From Chloroflexota bacterium (GTDB taxonomy: Bacteria; Chloroflexota; Dehalococcoidia; Lucifugimonadales; UBA3495), in the NCBI GenBank assembly GCA_009840135.1, contig VXOH01000036.1, positions 1,720-65,719 on the forward strand: a DNA stretch of 64,000 bases, read 5' to 3'. The position numbers were made by a program, and so were the translations under genes. The stretch's first letter is position 1. Every line of letters begins with the position of its first letter. Shown here piece by piece: positions 9,753 to 17,434 of this stretch. The notes under the pieces are model-generated. The model was not told the origin of the DNA and did no database searches. It saw only the letters and a program-made list of their open reading frames with translations.

Positions 9753-10532
9753 ATGACCATTGGGGAAAACACCGTTGTGGCCGGTGAGGGCGACGATTCT
9801 CGCCCTGCTTACCGTACCGACAGCTTGCCGCAAGCCAACCTGGTCTATCGCAGGGATATAACTGAAGACTTGATGGTTATCAAGCTTGAGCCCCTGGACG
9901 GGCCCTTTTCCTTTAAGCCCGGCCAGTATTGCACCCTGGGAAAGGAAGGCGTAGAACGGGCTTACTCCATAGTCTCGGCTCCCCATGAACCGCAACTGGA
10001 GATTTTTGTCGAGCTGGTGCCCGACGGTGAACTGACGCCTAAGATGTGGCGGCTTCAACCCGGGGAGAACATGTCCCTCAGGCCCCGCCCCAAGGGGATA
10101 TTTACCCTCAACGAGAAGGTTCACCACCACCTGATGGTGGCCACGGTTACCGGTGTTGGACCCTATTTGAGCATCATACGCGAGTACCTGCACCAGGGTG
10201 GCGAGGGCCATCACTTCTATGTGCTTTTGGGGGCCAGCTACCAGGACGAGCTTACCTACGACACTGAGTTGGTCAGGCTGGCCGAGGAACACCCGGAATG
10301 CGTAAAGTTTGTGGCAACTGTCAGCCGGCCCCAGGAAGAGCGTAACGTGGACTGGGAGGGTGAAAAGGGAAGGGTCAACAATATCGTCCTGAAATACCTG
10401 GAAGAGTTCAACCTGCCGAAGGACGACACCATGGTTTATACCTGCGGCCACCCGGGCATGATTGAGGACGTAAGGGAGCAGGTGACACCGCTGGGCTGGC
10501 AGTTCAAGGAAGAGCGATTCTGGAAAGAGTAG
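9753..10532 (+). CDS. fpr: Ferredoxin/flavodoxin-NADP(+) reductase (FNR family)
   Basis: 259 aa. RAYSIVS (FAD RxYS motif), MVATVTGVGPYLS (NADP GxGxxP) and YTCGHPGM. RBS GAGGTGAAGG lies upstream of the ATG. Confidence 0.8.
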   Translation: MTIGENTVVAGEGDDSRPAYRTDSLPQANLVYRRDITEDLMVIKLEPLDGPFSFKPGQYCTLGKEGVERAYSIVSAPHEPQLEIFVELVPDGELTPKMWRLQPGENMSLRPRPKGIFTLNEKVHHHLMVATVTGVGPYLSIIREYLHQGGEGHHFYVLLGASYQDELTYDTELVRLAEEHPECVKFVATVSRPQEERNVDWEGEKGRVNNIVLKYLEEFNLPKDDTMVYTCGHPGMIEDVREQVTPLGWQFKEERFWKE

Positions 10533-10737
10533 ATACCAGGTTTGGGACGCGTTCCCTGTAGGTACGAACGCTTCCGGATTGCCAGGTCTCCACAGGCCTT
10601 TCTTCACGGCACAAATCCGAGCATTCAGGCGGTACTCGCAGTCCCGCCTTTAATTTTTACTAAATTGGACCTCTGCTTCGGTGGTTCGCTGGAGTCTGCC
10701 CAGCGCAATGGCCCTCATCCTTGGTGGGAACGGCCTT

Positions 10738-10766
10738 TTGTTGAAAGCCCCTCTCTGGGGTAAAAT
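10738..10766 (+). promoter_or_regulatory. Candidate promoter upstream of mutS
   Basis: TTGTTG (10738-10743), 17-nt spacer, TAAAAT (10761-10766). Confidence 0.3.
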
Positions 10767-10790
10767 GCTGCAATAGAACAACATTCAACC

Positions 10791-13469
10791 GTGGCGGTTT
10801 TGGGCCGTTCACGGCACAGCAGTATTTCATTGACTCCCGTTCGCCGCCAATATCTCAAGATTAAAAATGCCCATCCGGACGCGGTGGTGTTGTTCCGGCT
10901 GGGCGACTTTTACGAGACCTTTGACGATGACGCGAAACTGGCATCCCGGGAACTGGAGATTACCCTCACTTCTCGCACCATGGGAAAGAACCTGAAGGTA
11001 CCGATGGCCGGCGTTCCCGCTCATTCTCTGGAACCCTACTTGGCCAGGCTCATCAAGAAGGGGCATAAAGTCGCCATTTGCGAGCAGTTGACCGATCCTG
11101 CCAAATCAAAGGGGTTGGTTGAGCGGGATGTGGTTCGGGTGGTTACACCCGGAACCGTTCTGGAGTCTTCGTTGCTGGAACAGGATGCCAACAATTACCT
11201 GGCATCGGTGGTAGAAGACGGAGAGCAGGTCGGCCTGGCTTACGTGGACATCAGCACCGGCGAATTCTCCGCTACCCAGTTGGGTGTAAGCCGAGTTAAG
11301 GCGGAGTTGCTGCGGATTTCTCCGGCCGAAGTACTTATCCCCGCTTCCGATGAACTTCCCGGCTGGATGGCGAATGAGGCCGTCACGGAGGGCGTTAATA
11401 ACGACGGGTTGGAGGGAGGCCTATCCTTCCGAATCTCCCATACCAACTTGGCCGCCTTTGACTTCGACCTGGCTGCCAGCGCCCTGCTGGACTACTACGA
11501 CATTCGTACCCTTGAGTCCTTTGGTTGCGATGAACTTCCCCTGGCCACCCGGGCCGCCGGAGCTATTGTAGACTACCTTTCCCAGAACTATCGCGGAGCC
11601 GCCCCCCGCCTGTCCGCCCTGGCAGTCTATTCCTCCGAATCCTTCATGGAGCTGGATGCCCAGACCCGCCGCAACCTGGAACTCTTTCAGGCGGGGCGGT
11701 GGGATAATCGCCAGCTGTCCCTGTTTTCCTCCCTGGATATGTCGCGGACGCCAATGGGCGGCCGGTTGCTGCGACGTTGGCTTGGGCAGCCACTGCTGGA
11801 AATAGAGCCTTTGCGGCAACGGCTGGACGCGGTCGAGTATTTCTTCACCGGGTCCCTTTGCCGTTCCAGGGTCAGGGACCTTCTTGCCGGCATGGCTGAT
11901 ATGGAGCGGATCCTGGGACATATCCGCACCGAAACCGTGGCGCCAAGGGAGTTGCTGGCGCTGAAATCAGCCGTTGAAGCAGCCGGCAATCTGCAAGCCG
12001 AGTTGGAATCCGATGTTTCTACCGGGGTGGAATGGCTGCATAGTCAACTGTCCCCGGTGGCGGAGGTTTCCAGCCTGATTGAACAGGCCATCAACCCTGA
12101 ACTCTCGGGCGTCCTGGGCGAGGGCAACGTAATCCGGACGGGATTTTCGCCCCAACTGGACGAATTGAAACTGGCCTCCAGCGACGCACGGTCATTTATC
12201 GCCGGCCTGGAGCAAAGGGAAAGGGACCGGACGGGCATCCGAAATCTCAAAGTGGGGTACAACCAGGTTTTCGGCTACTACCTGGAAGTTAGCAAAGCTA
12301 ACCTGGCCCAGGTGCCAGAAGATTACGTTCGGCGCCAGACCCTTACCAACGGTGAGCGGTATATAGTTCCGGAACTGAAGGAGTACGAAGCCCTGGTCCT
12401 GAACGCCAGGGAACGAGTTGAAGAGCTGGAGCGAAGTCTTTACCGGCAGGTCTGCGCCCAGATCGGAAACTATGCCGAATCCATAATCAGATTGGCATCT
12501 GCGGTGGCATGCGTTGATGTCTTTTCCTCCCTGGCGGAGGTGGCGACCCAGCAGGGTTACGTTCGTCCGCAGCTGGATATGGGCGATGCTCTTTACATAA
12601 AGAATGGACGCCATCCGGTGGTGGAACGCCACCTGGGAGCCGGTAGTTTTGTCCCTAATGACCTGGCTCTGTCCAACGAGGACACCCGTCTCGTGGTCCT
12701 GACCGGTCCCAACATGGCCGGCAAATCAACTTACATTCGTCAGGCCGGTATCATAGTGCTGATGGCGCAAATTGGCAGCTATGTTCCGGCGGATGAGGCG
12801 AGAATAGGAGTGGTGGACCGCATATTCACCAGGGTCGGCCTGCAGGACGATTTGGCCACCGGGCAGTCCACCTTCATGGTGGAGATGGTGGAAACGGCGG
12901 CCATACTCAATCAGGCCACACCCCGTTCACTGGTAATTCTTGACGAGGTGGGCAGGGGCACCAGTACCTACGATGGCATGTCAATTGCCCGTTCGGTAAT
13001 TGAGCACCTGCACAATGACCCCAAGCTGGGCTGCAAGTCCCTTTTTGCCACCCACTACCATGAGCTGACCGAGCTGGCGAATACGCTGCCAAGGGTAAGG
13101 AACTTCAGCGTTGCAGTGAAGGAGGAGGAAGGCAGGGTGGTCTTCCTGCACCGTATTACGCCCGGAGGAGCAGACCGAAGCTATGGCGTGCATGTCGCCC
13201 AGCTGGCGGGACTGCCCCGCGCGGTGGTCAACCGGGCCCGCGAGGTGCTGGAAGAAATGGAATCAAGCGGCCGCAAAGACAAGGGCCGTTCCAGGTCCAG
13301 AAGAAGGGAACCCGTTGTGCAAATGTCATTCTTCGGTACGGACCAACCCCTGACCGACGCCGTGCTTTCCTTGGATGTTGCCAACCTTACTCCCCTGGAA
13401 GCTATCAACAAGCTGTACGAACTACAGGAAAGAGCCAGAAACGACTCAGGACAAGCGCCGGAGCATTGA
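10791..13469 (+). CDS. mutS: DNA mismatch repair protein MutS
   Basis: 892 aa. TPVRRQYLKIK..HPDAVVLFRLGDFYETF, Walker A GPNMAGKST, STFMVEM and DEVGRGTSTYDG. Confidence 0.95.
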   Translation: MAVLGRSRHSSISLTPVRRQYLKIKNAHPDAVVLFRLGDFYETFDDDAKLASRELEITLTSRTMGKNLKVPMAGVPAHSLEPYLARLIKKGHKVAICEQLTDPAKSKGLVERDVVRVVTPGTVLESSLLEQDANNYLASVVEDGEQVGLAYVDISTGEFSATQLGVSRVKAELLRISPAEVLIPASDELPGWMANEAVTEGVNNDGLEGGLSFRISHTNLAAFDFDLAASALLDYYDIRTLESFGCDELPLATRAAGAIVDYLSQNYRGAAPRLSALAVYSSESFMELDAQTRRNLELFQAGRWDNRQLSLFSSLDMSRTPMGGRLLRRWLGQPLLEIEPLRQRLDAVEYFFTGSLCRSRVRDLLAGMADMERILGHIRTETVAPRELLALKSAVEAAGNLQAELESDVSTGVEWLHSQLSPVAEVSSLIEQAINPELSGVLGEGNVIRTGFSPQLDELKLASSDARSFIAGLEQRERDRTGIRNLKVGYNQVFGYYLEVSKANLAQVPEDYVRRQTLTNGERYIVPELKEYEALVLNARERVEELERSLYRQVCAQIGNYAESIIRLASAVACVDVFSSLAEVATQQGYVRPQLDMGDALYIKNGRHPVVERHLGAGSFVPNDLALSNEDTRLVVLTGPNMAGKSTYIRQAGIIVLMAQIGSYVPADEARIGVVDRIFTRVGLQDDLATGQSTFMVEMVETAAILNQATPRSLVILDEVGRGTSTYDGMSIARSVIEHLHNDPKLGCKSLFATHYHELTELANTLPRVRNFSVAVKEEEGRVVFLHRITPGGADRSYGVHVAQLAGLPRAVVNRAREVLEEMESSGRKDKGRSRSRRREPVVQMSFFGTDQPLTDAVLSLDVANLTPLEAINKLYELQERARNDSGQAPEH

Positions 13470-13661
13470 TCAGGCAGCCGCGAGGATGTTTGTTTTACGG
13501 GACAACCGGAATCATTGCCTTGCATTTCAAAAAGAGCCCGGCTTCAGTAATCCGGTGCAGGCGGATTCCGCGATTTCGAATCTCTGGAATCGGCCCGCCG
13601 GATTCTCGATAGTTCACCCCGGATTGCAGGGGCAGGGACAACCCAATGATTTGGAGGACTT

Positions 13662-14018
13662 ATGAGCTCAGCCGTGTTTTACTGGTGGCCGCGTTGATCA
13701 TCCTGTCGGAAAGCGAGAGAGTTGCTCTTGCAGAAAGGACTGGAACTGGAGGAACGGGACTACTTTAAAGACCCCCTTAACGAAACGGAACTCATGGATC
13801 TGGCTTCGATGGCGTCTCTTTCTGACCTGTTCGCGTGGCGCAGTCCCAGTTTCAAAAAATTGGGCCTGCCCAGCCAGGACATTTCCGAGCAGCAGATGGT
13901 CAAGTTGATCCTGGATGAGCCCAGGTTGCTGCGCCGGCCGATCACCAGGCTGGCAGACAGACTGATCATCGGGTCGAGCCCAAAGCAGATGGAGCAGGAA
14001 CTGGCCAACCTGCCGTAA
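13662..14018 (+). CDS. ArsC/Spx/YffB-family small redox protein with predicted selenocysteine (USSC motif; TGA at 13695-13697)
   Basis: The ORF track calls only 13722-14018 (TTG). The same frame extends to ATG 13662, preceded by GGAGGA 13653-13658. It reads MSSAVFYWWPR[TGA]SSCRKARELLLQKGLELEERDYFKDPL..., matching the family motif (I)YG.K.C..CRKA..WL...G.....D. with TGA at the first Cys. Restored length is 118 aa. Confidence 0.72.
13713..13731 (+). promoter_or_regulatory. Candidate SECIS-like hairpin for the TGA at 13695
   Basis: GCGAGAG (13713-13719) pairs with CUCUUGC (13725-13731): 7 bp including one G-U. The loop is AGUUG. The stem starts 16 nt after the UGA. Confidence 0.45.
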
Positions 14019-14416
14019 ACTTGGTCAGGCGAAGTGAATTCGGTCGGCAATTCGATGCTCGTACAGCATCCGTAACCTGCCGGCTTGGAGGCCGGCAAGG
14101 CCCCCCCGCTCGTATAGGGTGGGTCGCGGCGCCAAAAGTTAAATGTGCCGTGCCGTGGGCGGAATGCCGTGTTTTTCGTAGGCAAGGGAAACCCAGGTTC
14201 GTTGGCATTGGGATTTTCCCTTACCTGCTTGAATGACAGGTATTGGGGCACTGGCGCCCGCAGCTACCGGGCTCGTTTGTATTTCACCGGAGCCTGTCGT
14301 AGACTGTTGCCTGTTGCCTGATGTGCCACCAAATATTTGATTTAATTGTTGTTTTTTTATCAACTCCTGTGATAATCTCTGTCATACCTTAAACTGCGGG
14401 GGACAAACGTCGGACC

Positions 14417-14854
14417 ATGAAGATTTTCTTCGATGTTGACTACACCATTCTTGGCTTGGATGACACCCTTCGCCCCGGAACCAAGGAGACTTTTCAGAAG
14501 TTGTTGGATGACGATCACGAGATCTTTATCTGGTCCGGCATGGGAGAGCGCTGGGAAGTTATAGAGAAACACAAGCTGAACCCATACATCAGCGGGGTAT
14601 ATGAAAAGCCCACGCACCATTTTCACGAACGGCTGGAGGAGCTGAAGATTCCCTTTGAGCCTGAGTTTGTGATTGACGATTATCCCGAAGTTGTTGCGGC
14701 TTTCGGCGGCGCCTGGGTCCCTCCCTATTTCTTTGCCCGCAATGTGGACCAGCAGATGGACCGGGTGTACCAGATCGTTTGCGATTTTGCCAAGGATGGC
14801 ACGTCCGAAGACAAGCAATATCGCGCCAAGGGAACTGTGCTGCCACTCTTCTAG
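14417..14854 (+). CDS. Small cap-less HAD-like hydrolase
   Basis: 145 aa. IFFDVDYTILG (DxDxT nucleophile motif), IFIWSG and VIDDYPE. Confidence 0.6.
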   Translation: MKIFFDVDYTILGLDDTLRPGTKETFQKLLDDDHEIFIWSGMGERWEVIEKHKLNPYISGVYEKPTHHFHERLEELKIPFEPEFVIDDYPEVVAAFGGAWVPPYFFARNVDQQMDRVYQIVCDFAKDGTSEDKQYRAKGTVLPLF

Positions 14855-14942
14855 ACTTATTCAATGACTCGGCTCTTGTGAAGCGGTCCCGTCAATAGGC
14901 GCCTCCCTTCGCAGACCCAAGATGCCCTGAGGACGGGCCACC

Positions 14943-16709
14943 ATGTCTGTACGGATTCTCCCCCCGGAATTGGCCTCGCAGATCGCCGCTGGCGAAGTAG
15001 TGGAACGACCGGTTTCCGTGGTCAAGGAACTGTTGGAAAACTCTCTGGATGCCAACGCATCCCGCATTTCGGTGGAAATTAAGGGTGGCGGCGTCGAGAG
15101 CATACGCATCGTTGATAACGGTTACGGAATACCTTCCAACGAGGTGGTATTGGCTTTTCAGCGCCATGCCACCAGCAAGGTCGAGTCCCGAAATTCCCTT
15201 GATGCCATTGCAACCCTGGGTTTCCGGGGTGAAGCCCTCCCCAGCATAGCCGCGGTTTCCCGAATGTCCATGGTCACGCGTTTCCGTGACTGTGAGTCAG
15301 GGTTTGGGGCCGATTTCCTTTGGGGTGGCCTGGTGAAAGAGGGGGCCCAGGGCTGTCCCCCAGGAACAGTAGTCCAGGTTTCCGACCTTTTCGGAAACTT
15401 GCCCGCCCGCCGCCGGTTTCTCAAGTCCGCCACCGCCGAGACAGGACGAATTCACGACCTTCTGGCCAGATACGCCCTGGCTTACCCGGAAGTAGCGTTT
15501 CAGCTTCGCGTAGGGGACCGCCAGTCCCTTTCGACTCCCGGGAACGGCATTTCTGCAGACGCGGTGCTGGCGGTTTACGGGTCGGAAGTTAGTTCTAACT
15601 TGCTGGAAATTACCGGCGAAGGGCCGGAGTCGGCCTACTCTGTAGATGGCTTCATCGGAAACCCCGGGTTGAATCGGGCCAACCGCACCTATATGACATT
15701 TTTCGTCAACCGCCGTTGGATTCAGAGCCGGATGCTGACCTTCGCCCTGGAAGAGGCCTATCACGGACTGCTGCCCGAAAGACGCTATCCCCTGGCCATC
15801 GTCAATATTTCCGTGCCATTTGAAGATGTGGACGTGAACTCCCATCCTGCCAAGCGGGAGGTCAGATTTCACCAGGATGGCAGAGTTTATTCGGCGCTGC
15901 AAAGGGCGGTGAGAGAGTCCCTGGTGGCATCATCGCCGGTGCGTGCGATGCGGGCTCCCGGCGCACGTTCCTATCAGGAACCTCCGCAATCAGACACTTC
16001 GCCGCGATTCTTCACCAGTCCTTTTGACTCCAGGTCACTTGTGTCGGGGGCGGCTCCGGCCTTCGGCAGTGAAAGCAGGGAAGGAGCTCCGATCCAGGGA
16101 AGCGGGCCTGCAGATGCGGCCTTGACTCCCCGGCAAGCCTTGCCTTCGCTGAGAGTCGTAGGACAGGTGAGGTTGACTTATATAGTGGCAGAAAGCCCGG
16201 ATGGGATGTACCTGGTGGACCAGCACGCAGCTCATGAGAGGGTCCTATTTGACCGAATAATCCGGAAGGGTGTCAACAGCGGCAGCCAATCGCAATCACT
16301 CCTGGCTCCCGTGTCCGTTGATTTGTCGCCCAGCCAGATAGCCACTCTGACGAGCAACCGGGATTTCCTGGTGGAATACGGCTTCAAACTGGAGGAGTTT
16401 GGCGGCAACAGTTATCTTGTTCGGGCAGTCCCTTCCTTCTTAACGAGAGGCAACCCCGCCAAATCGCTGGTAGATATTCTTGACATGGTTGCCTTCGAGG
16501 GCGCCATAGACGATCAGGAACAGGCCGTGGCGGCCTCCCTGGCCTGCCACGCTGCCATCCGGGCCGGCCAGTCTATGACTGAGACTGAGATGAGAGCCTT
16601 GCTGGAGCAGCTGGAGGTCACCGACAGCCCCCACACCTGTCCTCACGGGCGGCCAACAGTCATCCACTTCAGCTCCTATCACATGGAACGAGAGTTCGGC
16701 AGGCGGTAA
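14943..16709 (+). CDS. mutL: DNA mismatch repair protein MutL
   Basis: 588 aa. IAAGEVVERPVSVVKELLENSLDA, DNGYGI, LGFRGEAL and C-terminal CPHGRPT. Confidence 0.95.
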   Translation: MSVRILPPELASQIAAGEVVERPVSVVKELLENSLDANASRISVEIKGGGVESIRIVDNGYGIPSNEVVLAFQRHATSKVESRNSLDAIATLGFRGEALPSIAAVSRMSMVTRFRDCESGFGADFLWGGLVKEGAQGCPPGTVVQVSDLFGNLPARRRFLKSATAETGRIHDLLARYALAYPEVAFQLRVGDRQSLSTPGNGISADAVLAVYGSEVSSNLLEITGEGPESAYSVDGFIGNPGLNRANRTYMTFFVNRRWIQSRMLTFALEEAYHGLLPERRYPLAIVNISVPFEDVDVNSHPAKREVRFHQDGRVYSALQRAVRESLVASSPVRAMRAPGARSYQEPPQSDTSPRFFTSPFDSRSLVSGAAPAFGSESREGAPIQGSGPADAALTPRQALPSLRVVGQVRLTYIVAESPDGMYLVDQHAAHERVLFDRIIRKGVNSGSQSQSLLAPVSVDLSPSQIATLTSNRDFLVEYGFKLEEFGGNSYLVRAVPSFLTRGNPAKSLVDILDMVAFEGAIDDQEQAVAASLACHAAIRAGQSMTETEMRALLEQLEVTDSPHTCPHGRPTVIHFSSYHMEREFGRR

Positions 16710-16830
16710 GTTGGGGCTTCCCCATCCGCGCCTCTGCCTGTACTTTCCTTTTCTCTTAGCTTCACTCTACCGGCGCGTCAAGCGCGGTTCCCTGGCGCCA
16801 TTGCGGATTGTGCTGCCCATGTTGACCAGC

Positions 16831-16879
16831 AGGAATAAGAAAGAGGTTCCTGTCCTACAGGAACCTCTTTCTTATTCCT
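16831..16879. terminator. 23-bp perfect palindrome (bidirectional terminator candidate) between convergent mutL and the small TAT-signal ORF
   Basis: AGGAATAAGAAAGAGGTTCCTGT (16831-16853), 3-nt loop CCT, ACAGGAACCTCTTTCTTATTCCT (16857-16879). Every one of the 23 positions pairs. No flanking T-tract. Confidence 0.5.
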
Positions 16880-16922
16880 CATCAATCAGCCCAGGTTAAC
16901 TCTTGCCCAGGTTCAGCCGCTT

Positions 16923-17138
16923 CTATGCCCCTCTTCGCGGGTCCGTACGAGGATCGCTGGCTGGGTGGAAAATGGATCCGGAACCCGGGAATTCTTCGGA
17001 TGTAGTACTGGGCTTTCCGCCGAAACGGAAAAGGCCAGCTGAAACTCCCGCCATGGCGGCTACTCCGATTCCCAGCTTTGCCAGGAAATTGCGGCGGCTT
17101 TCGCCCTTCTTAACTTCCAGTTCTTCGCCCTTAACCAC
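16923..17138 (-). CDS. 71-aa protein consisting essentially of a twin-arginine (Tat) signal peptide plus a short Pro/Ser-rich tail
   Basis: GTG start with GGTGGGAG 8 nt upstream. SRRNFLAKLGIGVAAMAGVSAG fits the S-R-R-x-F-L-K Tat consensus plus h-region. Ends with TAG. Confidence 0.5.
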   Translation of the reverse strand: MVKGEELEVKKGESRRNFLAKLGIGVAAMAGVSAGLFRFGGKPSTTSEEFPGSGSIFHPASDPRTDPRRGA

Positions 17139-17434
17139 TGGTTACTCCCACCTCATCAGAATACATTGGCCACAGGCCGGCAAGCCCACGGTCTATTGAC
17201 TGATCACTGAGGACACATTATAGCAGTACCGGCCCAGCAATGCATACAAACCGTTTTAGTCAGCCCACCATCGCAACTTGAACGAATAGCTAAATGAATG
17301 GAGTCGAAGCCTTGAGGCTCCAACTCGAAAATTCACCACAACTCCTACTACTGGCTACTGGCCTTTGGGCGGGGTCTCCACGTTTTTGCGGGCCATGACA
17401 CTCACCCAACAGCGCAGTGCCAAATGTGACTCCG

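Noticed and set aside
14019-14416. tRNA-Sec (selC) or another tRNA in the gap next to the Sec-ArsC-like gene
   Set aside because: No T-loop (GTTCGAATC-like) with matching arms, no acceptor-stem pairing and no UCA anticodon loop could be assembled on either strand. T-loop-like strings at 2565 and 17300 also fail to form cloverleaves.
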